A stretch of 64,000 nt of DNA from Cyanophora paradoxa CCMP329 (GCA_004431415.1 QPMI01000499.1:1-64000); one strand, 5' to 3'. Positions 1-12,385 are shown, numbered from the stretch's first letter. Notes: generated by a model from the letters alone, not told the origin. Numbers and translations: made by a program.

Positions 1-1197
1 CGCCCCGCGCGGGGCGTCCTGACATCTTCGCGAACGAAGAGCAGGCAAAAGGGCTACTGCAGCGGTGCAAGGCTTTTGTAGGACTGCAGATAGCCTGATT
101 CCGCATGCAGCTATAGTCTAGGGTTCTACGACAATCGTTGGTTTTGTATGAGATCAATTTCACGAGGCCGAACTCTGTACCCTTCGATCGCAAGTTAGCC
201 ACCGGTGGCTAACTTAGGGGGGGAATGAACAGGGGGGAGAAGCGCAGGGGGGAAGAATAGGAAAAAAAAGGAACTTCCGCGCGCCCGGCCATGCATGCAG
301 CGCGCGAATTCCGTCCGCTGCGCATGCGCACTGCCGCGCGCACGCCGTGCTCAGCCCCGCGGCGCCACGCCCGCCCCGCAGGCGTCTTCGCCGCGCCCGC
401 GCACGCGAGGAGTACACATCGCTTGCTTCATCGGCTCACCCGCGGCGCCGGCGGCGCGCTAGCTACACGCTTTCGCTTGTCCGAGGTACTCATCTTCGAA
501 TTCTGCAGCCGTCGCCCCATCCTCGGCACTGTAAGGCGGCGCGCAGGGACTCGAGCTCTCAACTATGGCGTCGCCCGGCGGGCCCAGCGCAAGCAGCTCT
601 GACCAGTAGGTCCGTCCCGGAACCGCCCCTCGGACCTGCCTGGGCGCGCTGTCTTCCGATCCTGCTAAAAAACGTGTTTCGGGGCGACATTTTGGCACTA
701 TGTTCACTATGCCCGCCGGCCATGGGCTCGGATCGGGCCGGGGCCTTTTTCAAGCGATCGCCGGCGCCGCGTCCGTCGTCCGACGGTTCGCGCTAGCGAT
801 CTCCCCGGAGTACTCGTACCAGGGCCTAGCGATCGCCGAAGCGATGAGAAGGCTCTCTGACCGGCGATCGCTTGCGCAGGAGCTGCTTCAAGTTCGTCGC
901 ACCAGCCAACGCCAACGCCTGCAGTGCGTGCCCGCCTCCCGTAGCGCTGTGGGCATGCTCGCATAGAGATTCTCTATTCAATGCGATCGCTACATCTCTG
1001 CCCCGCGCATAGAGCCTTCTCATTGCTCGGCGATCGCTTTGTGTTCGGCGCCATACCCAGCGGATCCGATCTCTAACAAGAGCTGCTGGCCGGCGATCGC
1101 TTCTGTGTTCTCAGTTCTAACGGTCGCCGCGGGCTTGACGTCCACAGCCTTCTCATTGGCCAAGCGATCGCTGGTTTTCGGTGTCTTATGCCCGTCT

Positions 1198-2186
1198 CCG
1201 CAGCATGCTGACCCCCGGAGAGAGGAGGCGGACCTCCCTACCCCCGGAGTGCCCTCTTCGGGGGGAAGAGAGGACGTGGACCTCCTTCCCCTCTCCCAGC
1301 CCTCTTCGGAGGGCCCCGCCCCGCCCTTCCGCCTCCCCCCGGCCCCGCCCTCCCCCGGCCCGCCCCCTCCCCAGCCCCGCCTCTCCCCCGGCCCGCCCCC
1401 CCCGGCCCCGCCCCGGGCCCGGGCGCGCCCCTCCCCCGGCCCCGCCCCGGGCCCCGGCCCGCCCCTCCCCCTGGCCCCGCCCTCCCCCCGGCCCTGCCCC
1501 GGGCCCCGGGCCCGCCCCTCCCCCGAGCACCCGCAGCATGCTGACCCCCGGAGAGAGGAGGCGGACCTCCCTACCCCCGGAGTGCCTCTTCGGGGGGAAG
1601 AGAGGACGTGGACCTCCTTCCCCTCTCCCAGCCCCTCTTCGGAGGGCCCCGCCCCCGCCCTTCCGCCTCCCCCGGCCCCGCCCCTCCCCGGCCCCGCCCC
1701 TCTCCCCAGCCCGCCTCTCCCCCCGGCCCGCCCCTCCCCCGGCCCCGCCCCGGCCCCGGGCGCGCCCCTCCCCCCGGCCCCCCCCGGCCCCGGGCCCGCC
1801 CTCCCCTGGCCCGCCCCTCCCCCGGCCCTGCCCGGCCCCGGGCCCGCCCCTCCCCGAGCACCCGCAGCATGCTGACCCCGGAGAGAGGAGGCGGACCTCC
1901 CTACCCCCCGGAGTGCCCTCTTCGGGGGGAAGAGAGGACGTGGACCTCCTTCCCCTCTCCCAGCCCCTCTTCGGAGGGCCCCGCCCCCGCCCTTCCGCCT
2001 CCCCCGGCCCCGCCCCTCCCCCGGCCCCGCCCCTCTCCCCAGCCCCGCCTCTCCCCCCGGCCCCGCCCCGGGCCCCGGGCGCGCCCCTCCCCCCGGCCCC
2101 GCCCCGGGCCCCGGGCCCGCCCCTCCCCTGGCCCCGCCCCTCCCCCGGCCCTGCCCGGGCCCCGGGCCCGCCCCTCCCCCGAGCAC
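1198..2186. repeat. Triplicated ~330-bp C-rich block (also ~4978-6005 and ~8800-9803)
   Basis: The head sequence CCGCAGCATGCTGACCCC...GGAGAGAGGAGGCGGACCTCC occurs at ~1198, ~1531 and ~1862, each followed by GGCCCCGCCCCTCCCCC-type microrepeats. Confidence 0.95.
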
Positions 2187-2246
2187 ACGAACCCCCGAGC
2201 ACACGAAGCCTGGCCCGGGGGCCTGAAGCCGGCGGGCCGGCCTCAG

Positions 2247-3444
2247 ATCTACAAGTACAGCGGCGAGCTGGACGCGGCGACCGAGCTCCTCGACCGCGCC
2301 CTCTACTGCCTCGAGGCAGCCTGGTGCGGGGCGGGGCGCGGCACGGGCGCGGCGGGGCGGAGGATGCGTTGCGCTGCAGTTCGTTCACTTGGTTTTGAGC
2401 TCCGTCCCCGGCAGGCACCCGCAGTTCAAGCCGGCGAGCGGCGCCTGCCGCCTCGACTTCGCAGTCATGGAGAACAAGTGCGCAGAGAACCCGTTGTACC
2501 CCCGAGGATAACCTGTACCCTCCTCCGGACTCACCCCGCCACCCCCCAGGGCCTGGTCTTCCGGCGCCTGCAGATGCTCATTCGCGGCGGCTGCTCCCGC
2601 ACCTCCCTCGGTACCCCCTCGACCGCTTCCCCCTACTCGGATTCGAACCGAACGTCGTACCTCCAGAGACGGCCAAGCTGCTGCTTGCGCTGGACCCCGA
2701 CAGTGACCTGATGGGGTGCTCCAGTGCATCGACTACTTCGCCCTCCGCGCCAGGTACCCCATAACCTTCCCCCCCCCCCCCAACTTCCCCCCCCCCCACC
2801 TCATTTTTCTTCAGGGAGTACAAGTTCCTTCTGGAGCTGGTGGCGGCGCCGGCGCTCCCCGGGCGCTCCGCCTCGTTCGTGCGGGAGCCGCCCCTCTCGA
2901 GGCGGGAGCCGCCCCTCTTCCTCCCCATCGCCCTCAACTCCTCGGGTACCCCCACTTAGCCTCTCCCCCCTTTTTTCCTGGCGCCGAGCCGGCTCGCAGC
3001 GTACGCGCTCATGCGCGTGGCGCGGGACGGCGGCGCCGCGCCCGTCGACGAGCTGGTGCCCTGCGCCCCTCCGAATCTCCTCTAAGACTGAAGCGCGGCA
3101 GGTCCTCCGGCGCCTCTTCTCGCACACGCTGGACCCCGCCTCGCCGGCGCCGCCCACGCCCTCTGCCGCGGCCCTCGCCGCCGCCCTCCTGCGGCAGGCG
3201 GTCCTCATGTACCCCGGCGCCGTCCGCCCCCTCCTCGAGAACTACAACGTCAAGCCCGACTCCGGGGTGCGGGGGAGGGGCGGGACTCCGACAAGGCGAG
3301 CGTCTTTCCTCTGAGCTTCTTTACTTTCCGAGTCCTGAGCGGCTCTCTCCTTTGCTTCTTCGTTCACAGGGCGCCAGGGGCTGGGCCGCCCTACACAGGC
3401 GGCCCCTCTTCGACGACGACGAGCCGGCCGCCAGCGTCGAGCTC
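2247..3444 (+). pseudogene. TCF25: TCF25/Rqc1 (ribosome quality control factor) internal fragment with introns, copy 1
   Basis: Spliced translation over GT-AG introns gives IYKYSGELDAATELLDRALYCLEAAWHPQFKPASGACRLDFAVMENK...RGGCSRTSLETAKLLLALDPDSDLMGVLQCIDYFALRAREYKFLLEL...LLRQAVLMYPGAVRPLLE, matching the TCF25 core as I recall it. N- and C-terminal exons are absent. Confidence 0.85.
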
Positions 3445-3967
3445 CCGCCCCTGACTGCCGGGATCGGACCCTGGACGAGCTCAATGCTTTGAAGCAATTG
3501 CAATTCTTGAGCTCGGTGCGTTTCTTACAGCAACTTATCTTGCGATTCTGCTCTCAATATGCTGTTAGGTGGCGCTCGAGTCGAGACGCTTGCAAAAGTA
3601 ACAACGGGCTGCGCACGACCGCCGGGTCTACATTCAAAGCGAAGTGTTGGGTCGACCGGGTCCTGGAGGTCCTGTTCTCCCCGCGCGCGCTGGGGTCGGT
3701 GGTGTGCAGTGGCCACCACCTGCGCGATCCGACAGCATGCGCACCATTTGTGGTCACGTCCACAGAGTGGTTCCGCGCGCCCCGCGCGGGGCGTCCTGAC
3801 ATCTTCGCGAACGAAGAGCAGGCAAAAGGGCTACTGCAGCGGTGCAAGGCTTTTGTAGGACTGCAGATAGCCTGATTCCGCATGCAGCTATAGTCTAGGG
3901 TTCTACGACATCGTTGGTTTTGTATGAGATCAATTTCACGAGGCCGAACTCTGTACCCTTCGATCGC

Positions 3968-3991
3968 AAGTTAGCCACCGGTGGCTAACTT
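3968..3991. repeat. Perfect 24-bp palindrome AAGTTAGCCACCGGTGGCTAACTT (also 7790-7813, 11584-11607; 192-216 has one extra C)
   Basis: Self-complementary by direct inspection; one copy per array unit. Confidence 0.95.
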
Positions 3992-4789
3992 AGGGGGGAA
4001 TGAACAGGGGGAGAAGCGCAGGGGGGAAGAATAGGAAAAAAAAGGAACTTCCGCGCGCCCGGCCATGCATGCAGCGCGCGAATTCCGTCCGCTGCGCATG
4101 CGCACTGCCGCGCGCACGCCGTGCTCAGCCCCGCGGCGCCACGCCCGCCCCGCAGGCGTCTTCGCCGCGCCCGCGCACGCGAGGAGTACACATCGCTTGC
4201 TTCATCGGCTCACCCGCGGCGCCGGCGGCGCGCTAGCTACACGCTTTCGCTTGTCCGAGGTACTCATCTTCGAATTCTGCAGCCGTCGCCCCATCCTCGG
4301 CAGCTGTAAGGCGGCGCGCAGGGACTCGAGCTCTCAACTATGGCGTCGCCCGGCGGGCCCAGCGCAAGCAGCTCTGAGCCAGTAGGTCCGTCCCGGAACC
4401 GCCCCTCGGACCTGCCTGGGCGCGCTGTCTTCCGATCCTGCTAAAAAACGTGTTTTCGGGGCGACATTTTGGCACTATGTTCACTATGCCCGCCGGCCAT
4501 GGGCTCGGATCGGGCCGGGGCCTTTTTCAAGCGATCGCCGGCGCCGCGTCCGTCGTCCGACGGTTCGCGCTAGCGATCTCCCCGGAGTACTCGGTACCAG
4601 GGCCTAGCGATCGCCGAAGCGATGAGAAGGCTCTCTGACCGGCGATCGCTTGCGCAGGAGCTGCTTCAAGTTCGTCGCACCAGCCAACGCCAACGCCTGC
4701 AGTGCGTGCCCGCCTCCCGTAGCGCTGTGGGCATGCTCGCATAGAGATTCTCTATTCAATGCGATCGCTACATCTCTGCCCCGCGCATA

Positions 4790-7700
4790 GAGCCTTCTCA
4801 TTGCTCGGCGATCGCTTTGTGTTCGGCGCCATACCCAGCGGATCCGATCTCTAACAAAGAGCTGCTGGGCCGGCGATCGCTTCTGTGTTCTCAGTTCTAA
4901 CGGTCGCCGCGGGCTTGACGTCCACAGCCTTCTCATTGGCCAAGCGATCGCTGGTTTTCGGTGTCTTATGCCCGTCTCCGCAGCATGCTGACCCCGGAGA
5001 GAGGAGGCGGACCTCCCTACCCCCCGGAGTGCCCTCTTCGGGGGGGAAGAGAGGACGTGGACCTCCTTCCCCTCTCCCAGCCCCTCTTCGGAGGGCCCCG
5101 CCCCCGCCCTTCCGCCTCCCCCCGGCCCCGCCCCTCCCCCGGCCCCGCCCCTCTCCCCAGCCCCGCCTCTCCCCCCGGCCCCGCCCCTCCCCCCGGCCCC
5201 GCCCCGGGCCCCGGGCGCGCCCCTCCCCCCGGCCCCGCCCCGGGCCCCGGGCCCGCCCCTCCCCCTGGCCCCGCCCCTCCCCCCGGCCCTGCCCCGGGCC
5301 CCGGGCCCGCCCCTCCCCCGAGCACCCGCAGCATGCTGACCCCCGGAGAGAGGAGGCGGACCTCCCTACCCCCCGGAGTGCCCTCTTCGGGGGGGAAGAG
5401 AGGACGTGGACCTCCTTCCCCTCTCCCAGCCCCTCTTCGGAGGGCCCCGCCCCCGCCCTTCCGCCTCCCCCCGGCCCCGCCCCTCCCCCCGGCCCCGCCC
5501 CTCTCCCCAGCCCCGCCTCTCCCCCCCGGCCCCGCCCCTCCCCCCGGCCCCGCCCCGGGCCCGGGCGCGCCCCTCCCCCGGCCCCGCCCCGGGCCCCGGG
5601 CCCGCCCCTCCCCCTGGCCCCGCCCCTCCCCCCGGCCCTGCCCCGGGCCCCGGGCCCGCCCCTCCCCGAGCACCCGCAGCATGCTGACCCCCGGAGAGAG
5701 GAGGCGGACCTCCCTACCCCCCGGAGTGCCCTCTTCGGGGGGAAGAGAGGACGTGGACCTCCTTCCCCTCTCCCAGCCCCTCTTCGGAGGGCCCCGCCCC
5801 CGCCCTCCCGCCTCCCCCGGCCCCGCCCCTCCCCCCGGCCCCGCCCCTCTCCCCAGCCCCGCCTCTCCCCCCCGGCCCCGCCCCGGGCCCCGGGCGCGCC
5901 CCTCCCCCCGGCCCCGCCCCGGGCCCCGGGCCCGCCCCTCCCCCTGGCCCCGCCCCTCCCCCCGGCCCTGCCCCGGGCCCCGGGCCCGCCCCTCCCCCGA
6001 GCACACGAACCCCCGAGCACACGAAGCCTGGCCCGGGGGCCTGAAGCCGGCGGGCCGGCCTCAGATCTACAAGTACAGCGGCGAGCTGGACGCGGCGACC
6101 GAGCTCCTCGACCGCGCCCTCTACTGCCTCGAGGCAGCCTGGTGCGGGGCGGGGCGCGGGCACGGGCGCGGCGGGGCGGAGGATGCGTTGCGCTGCAGTT
6201 CGTTCACTTGGTTTTGAGCTCCGTCCCCGGCAGGCACCCGCAGTTCAAGCCGGCGAGCGGCGCCTGCCGCCTCGACTTCGCAGTCATGGAGAACAAGTGC
6301 GCAGAGAACCCGTTGTACCCCCGAGGATAACCTGTACCCTCCTCCGGACTCACCCCGCCACCCCCCAGGGCCTGGTCTTCCGGCGCCTGCAGATGCTCAT
6401 TCGCGGCGGCTGCTCCCGCACCTCCCTCGGTACCCCCTCGACCGCTTCCCCCCTACTCGGATTCGAACCGAACGTCGTACCTCCAGAGACGGCCAAGCTG
6501 CTGCTTGCGCTGGACCCCGACAGTGACCTGATGGGGGTGCTCCAGTGCATCGACTACTTCGCCCTCCGCGCCAGGTACCCCATAACCTTCCCCCCCCCCC
6601 CAACTTCCCCCCCCCCCACCTCATTTTTCTTCAGGGAGTACAAGTTCCTTCTGGAGCTGGTGGCGGCGCCGGCGCTCCCCGGGCGCTCCGCCTCGTTCGT
6701 GCGGGAGCCGCCCCTCTCGAGGCGGGAGCCGCCCCTCTTCCTCCCCATCGCCCTCAACTCCTCGGGTACCCCCACTTAGCCTCTCCCCCCTTTTTTCCTG
6801 GCGCCGAGCCGGGCTCGCAGCGTACGCGCTCATGCGCGTGGCGCGGGACGGCGGCGCCGCGCCCGTCGACGAGCTGGTGCCCTGCGCCCCTCCGAATCTC
6901 CTCTAAGACTGAAGCGCGGCAGGTCCTCCGGCGCCTCTTCTCGCACACGCTGGACCCCGCCTCGCCGGCGCCGCCCACGCCCTCTGCCGCGGCCCTCGCC
7001 GCCGCCCTCCTGCGGCAGGCGGTCCTCATGTACCCCGGCGCCGTCCGCCCCCTCCTCGAGAACTACAACGTCAAGCCCGACTCCGGGGTGCGGGGGAGGG
7101 GCGGGACTCCGACAAGGCGAGCGTCTTTCCTCTGAGCTTCTTTACTTTCCGAGTCCTGAGCGGCTCTCTCCTTTGCTTCTTCGTTCACAGGGCGCCAGGG
7201 GCTGGGCCGCCCTACACAGGCGGCCCCTCTTCGACGACGACGAGCCGGCCGCCAGCGTCGAGCTCCCGCCCCTGACTGCCGGGATCGGACCCTGGACGAG
7301 CTCAATGCTTTGAAGCAATTGCAATTCTTGAGCTCGGTGCGTTTCTTACAGCAACTTATCTTGCGATTCTGCTCTCAATATGCTGTTAGGTGGCGCTCGA
7401 GTCGAGACGCTTGCAAAAGTAACAACGGGCTGCGCACGACCGCCGGGTCTACATTCAAAGCGAAGTGTTGGGTCGACCGGGTCCTGGAGGTCCTGTTCTC
7501 CCCGCGCGCGCTGGGGTCGGGTGGTGTGCAGTGGCCACCACCTGCGCGATCCGACAGCATGCGCACCATTTGTGGTCACGTCCACAGAGTGGTTCCGCGC
7601 GCCCCGCGCGGGGCGTCCTGACATCTTCGCGAACGAAGAGCAGGCAAAAGGGCTACTGCAGCGGTGCAAGGCTTTTGTAGGACTGCAGATAGCCTGATTC

Positions 7701-8455
7701 CGCATGCAGCTATAGTCTAGGGTTCTACGACATCGTTGGTTTTGTATGAGATCAATTTCACGAGGCCGAACTCTGTACCCTTCGATCGCAAGTTAGCCAC
7801 CGGTGGCTAACTTAGGGGGGAATGAACAGGGGGGAGAAGCGCAGGGGGGAAGAATAGGAAAAAAAAGGAACTTCCGCGCGCCCGGCCATGCATGCAGCGC
7901 GCGAATTCCGTCCGCTGCGCATGCGCACTGCCGCGCGCACGCCGTGCTCAGCCCCGCGGCGCCACGCCCGCCCCGCAGGCGTCTTCGCCGCGCCCGCGCA
8001 CGCGAGGAGTACACATCGCTTGCTTCATCGGCTCACCCGCGGCGCCGGCGGCGCGCTAGCTACACGCTTTCGCTTGTCCGAGGTACTCATCTTCGAATTC
8101 TGCAGCCGTCGCCCCATCCTCGGCAGCTGTAAGGCGGCGCGCAGGGACTCGAGCTCTCAACTATGGCGTCGCCCGGCGGCCCAGCGCAAGCAGCTCTGAG
8201 CCAGTAGGTCCGTCCCGGAACCGCCCCTCGGACCTGCCTGGGCGCGCTGTCTTCCGATCCTGCTAAAAAACGTGTTTTCGGGGCGACATTTTGGCACTAT
8301 GTTCACTATGCCCGCCGGCCATGGGCTCGGATCGGGCCGGGGCCTTTTTCAAGCGATCGCCGGCGCCGCGTCCGTCGTCCGACGGTTCGCGCTAGCGATC
8401 TCCCCGGAGTACTCGGTACCAGGGCCTAGCGATCGCCGAAGCGATGAGAAGGCTC
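4790..8455. mobile_element. Putative non-autonomous TIR element, copy 2
   Basis: Same termini and content as copy 1; separated from its neighbours by a 156-bp spacer. Confidence 0.5.
6065..7265 (+). pseudogene. TCF25: TCF25/Rqc1 fragment, copy 2
   Basis: Near-identical to copy 1. Confidence 0.85.
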
Positions 8456-8611
8456 TCTGACCGGCGATCGCTTGCGCAGGAGCTGCTTCAAGTTCGTCGC
8501 ACCAGCCAACGCCAACGCCTGCAGTGCGTGCCCGCCTCCCGTAGCGCTGTGGGCATGCTCGCATAGAGATTCTCTATTCAATGCGATCGCTACATCTCTG
8601 CCCCGCGCATA

Positions 8612-11600
8612 GAGCCTTCTCATTGCTCGGCGATCGCTTTGTGTTCGGCGCCATACCCAGCGGATCCGATCTCTAACAAAGAGCTGCTGGGCCGGCGATC
8701 GCTTCTGTGTTCTCAGTTCTAACGGTCGCCGCGGGCTTGACGTCCACAGCCTTCTCATTGGCCAAGCGATCGCTGGTTTTCGGTGTCTTATGCCCGTCTC
8801 CGCAGCATGCTGACCCCCGGAGAGAGGAGGCGGACCTCCCTACCCCCCGGAGTGCCCTCTTCGGGGGGGAAGAGAGGACGTGGACCTCCTTCCCCTCTCC
8901 CAGCCCCTCTTCGGAGGGCCCCGCCCCCGCCCTTCCGCCTCCCCCCGGCCCCGCCCCTCCCCCCGGCCCCGCCCCTCTCCCCAGCCCCGCCTCTCCCCCC
9001 GGCCCCGCCCCTCCCCCGGCCCCGCCCGGGCCCCGGGCGCGCCCCTCCCCCGGCCCCGCCCGGGCCCCGGGCCCGCCCCTCCCCTGGCCCCGCCCCTCCC
9101 CCGGCCCTGCCCGGGCCCCGGGCCCGCCCCTCCCCCGAGCACCCGCAGCATGCTGACCCCGGAGAGAGGAGGCGGACCTCCCTACCCCCGGAGTGCCCTC
9201 TTCGGGGGGAAGAGAGGACGTGGACCTCCTTCCCCTCTCCCAGCCCCTCTTCGGAGGGCCCCGCCCCCGCCCTTCCGCCTCCCCCGGCCCCGCCCCTCCC
9301 CCCGGCCCCGCCCCTCTCCCCAGCCCCGCCTCTCCCCCCGGCCCCGCCCCTCCCCCGGCCCCGCCCCGGGCCCGGGCGCGCCCCTCCCCCGGCCCCGCCC
9401 CGGGCCCCGGCCCGCCCCTCCCCTGGCCCCGCCCCTCCCCCGGCCCTGCCCCGGGCCCCGGGCCCGCCCCTCCCCGAGCACCCGCAGCATGCTGACCCCC
9501 GGAGAGAGGAGGCGGACCTCCCTACCCCCGGAGTGCCCTCTTCGGGGGGAAGAGAGGACGTGGACCTCCTTCCCCTCTCCCAGCCCCTCTTCGGAGGGCC
9601 CCGCCCCCGCCCTTCCGCCTCCCCCGGCCCGCCCTCCCCCGGCCCCGCCCTCTCCCCAGCCCCGCCTCTCCCCCCGGCCCCGCCCGGGCCCCGGGCGCGC
9701 CCCTCCCCCGGCCCCGCCCCGGGCCCCGGGCCCGCCCCTCCCCCTGGCCCCGCCCCTCCCCCGGCCCTGCCCGGGCCCCGGGCCCGCCCCTCCCCCGAGC
9801 ACACGAACCCCCGAGCACACGAAGCCTGGCCCGGGGGCCTGAAGCCGGCGGGCCGGCCTCAGATCTACAAGTACAGCGGCGAGCTGGACGCGGCGACCGA
9901 GCTCCTCGACCGCGCCCTCTACTGCCTCGAGGCAGCCTGGTGCGGGGCGGGGCGCGGGCACGGGCGCGGCGGGGCGGAGGATGCGTTGCGCTGCAGTTCG
10001 TTCACTTGGTTTTGAGCTCCGTCCCCGGCAGGCACCCGCAGTTCAAGCCGGCGAGCGGCGCCTGCCGCCTCGACTTCGCAGTCATGGAGAACAAGTGCGC
10101 AGAGAACCCGTTGTACCCCCGAGGATAACCTGTACCCTCCTCCGGACTCACCCCGCCACCCCCAGGGCCTGGTCTTCCGGCGCCTGCAGATGCTCATTCG
10201 CGGCGGCTGCTCCCGCACCTCCCTCGGTACCCCCTCGACCGCTTCCCCCCTACTCGGATTCGAACCGAACGTCGTACCTCCAGAGACGGCCAAGCTGCTG
10301 CTTGCGCTGGACCCCGACAGTGACCTGATGGGGGTGCTCCAGTGCATCGACTACTTCGCCCTCCGCGCCAGGTACCCATAACCTTCCCCCCCCCCCCAAC
10401 TTCCCCCCCCCCACCTCATTTTTCTTCAGGGAGTACAAGTTCCTTCTGGAGCTGGTGGCGGCGCCGGCGCTCCCGGGCGCTCCGCCTCGTTCGTGCGGGA
10501 GCCGCCCCTCTCGAGGCGGGAGCCGCCCCTCTTCCTCCCCATCGCCCTCAACTCCTCGGGTACCCCCACTTAGCCTCTCCCCCCTTTTTTCCTGGCGCCG
10601 AGCCGGGCTCGCAGCGTACGCGCTCATGCGCGTGGCGCGGGACGGCGGCGCCGCGCCCGTCGACGAGCTGGTGCCCTGCGCCCCTCCGAATCTCCTCTAA
10701 GACTGAAGCGCGGCAGGTCCTCCGGCGCCTCTTCTCGCACACGCTGGACCCCGCCTCGCCGGCGCCGCCCCCGCCCTCTGCCGCGGCCCTCGCCGCCGCC
10801 CTCCTGCGGCAGGCGGTCCTCATGTACCCCGGCGCCGTCCGCCCCCTCCTCGAGAACTACAACGTCAAGCCCGACTCCGGGGTGCGGGGGAGGGGCGGGA
10901 CTCCGACAAGGCGAGCGTCTTTCCTCTGAGCTTCTTTACTTTCCGAGTCCTGAGCGGCTCTCTCCTTTGCTTCTTCGTTCACAGGGCGCCAGGGGCTGGG
11001 CCGCCCTACACAGGCGGCCCCTCTTCGACGACGACGAGCCGGCCGCCAGCGTCGAGCTCCCGCCCCTGACTGCCGGGATCGGACCCTGGACGAGCTCAAT
11101 GCTTTGAAGCAATTGCAATTCTTGAGCTCGGTGCGTTTCTTACAGCAACTTATCTTGCGATTCTGCTCTCAATATGCTGTTAGGTGGCGCTCGAGTCGAG
11201 ACGCTTGCAAAAGTAACAACGGGCTGCGCACGACCGCCGGGTCTACATTCAAAGCGAAGTGTTGGGTCGACCGGGTCCTGGAGGTCCTGTTCTCCCCGCG
11301 CGCGCTGGGGTCGGGTGGTGTGCAGTGGCCACCACCTGCGCGATCCGACAGCATGCGCACCATTTGTGGTCACGTCCACAGAGTGGTTCCGCGCGCCCCG
11401 CGCGGGGCGTCCTGACATCTTCGCGAACGAAGAGCAGGCAAAAGGGCTACTGCAGCGGTGCAAGGCTTTTGTAGGACTGCAGATAGCCTGATTCCGCATG
11501 CAGCTATAGTCTAGGGTTCTACGACATCGTTGGTTTTGTATGAGATCAATTTCACGAGGCCGAACTCTGTACCCTTCGATCGCAAGTTAGCCACCGGTGG

Positions 11601-12247
11601 CTAACTTAGGGGGGAATGAACAGGGGGAGAAGCGCAGGGGGAAGAATAGGAAAAAAAAGGAACTTCCGCGCGCCCGGCCATGCATGCAGCGCGCGAATTC
11701 CGTCCGCTGCGCATGCGCACTGCCGCGCGCACGCCGTGCTCAGCCCCGCGGCGCCACGCCCGCCCGCAGGCGTCTTCGCCGCGCCCGCGCACGCGAGGAG
11801 TACACATCGCTTGCTTCATCGGCTCACCCGCGGCGCCGGCGGCGCGCTAGCTACACGCTTTCGCTTGTCCGAGGTACTCATCTTCGAATTCTGCAGCCGT
11901 CGCCCCATCCTCGGCAGCTGTAAGGCGGCGCGCAGGGACTCGAGCTCTCAACTATGGCGTCGCCCGGCGGGCCCAGCGCAAGCAGCTCTGAGCCAGTAGG
12001 TCCGTCCCGGAACCGCCCCTCGGACCTGCCTGGGCGCGCTGTCTTCCGATCCTGCTAAAAAACGTGTTTTCGGGGCGACATTTTGGCACTATGTTCACTA
12101 TGCCCGCCGGCCATGGGCTCGGATCGGGCCGGGGCCTTTTTCAAGCGATCGCCGGCGCCGCGTCCGTCGTCCGACGGTTCGCGCTAGCGATCTCCCCGGA
12201 GTACTCGGTACCAGGGCCTAGCGATCGCCGAAGCGATGAGAAGGCTC
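8612..12247. mobile_element. Putative non-autonomous TIR element, copy 3
   Basis: Same termini as copy 1. The array ends exactly at the right inverted-repeat arm (GGCTC, 12247). Confidence 0.55.
9863..11059 (+). pseudogene. TCF25: TCF25/Rqc1 fragment, copy 3
   Basis: Near-identical to copy 1. Confidence 0.85.
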
Positions 12248-12385
12248 GATGCCATGCGCTAGCGCTAGCTGCTGCTCCAAAGTTTTGCAAGGCGGGCCGG
12301 GGGCGGGCGAGCTAGGGGGCCGGCGCACGTCCAGCTCGGTGGGGCCGAGGGCGGCGATCGGGGCGAGCGGGGGCGGGGGCGCTGG

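Larger units (their letters stand above)
1012..4633. mobile_element. Putative non-autonomous TIR element with captured gene fragment, copy 1
   Basis: Starts GAGCCTTCTCATTGCTCGGCGATCGC (1012-1037) and ends GCGATCGCCGAAGCGATGAGAAGGCTC (to 4633), an imperfect 26-27 bp inverted repeat. GCGATCGC motifs cluster near both ends. No transposase and no TSD were seen. Confidence 0.5.
1..12247. repeat. Tandem array of ~3.8-kb units (about 3.2 copies visible; continues left of the window)
   Basis: The sequence at position 1 recurs at 3778, 7600 and 11394 (periods 3777, 3822, 3794). Copies differ almost only by homopolymer indels. Identity stops abruptly after ...GATGAGAAGGCTC at 12247. Confidence 0.97.

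Noticed and set aside
192-860. Helitron assignment for the array unit
   Set aside because: No hairpin-plus-CTRR 3' end at the array boundary, and no Rep/helicase.
1020-2420. Long Pro/Gly/Arg-rich ORFs (300-480 aa) on both strands, repeated in each array unit
   Set aside because: They are open in nearly all frames because GC repeats lack stop codons, and the frames differ between copies.
3489-3875. 128-aa ORF downstream of the TCF25 fragment
   Set aside because: No recognisable motif and broken in the other two copies. It may be a second captured exon, but I cannot support that.
3778-11394. Differences between array copies as biological divergence
   Set aside because: Almost all are single-base or homopolymer indels typical of long-read consensus error.
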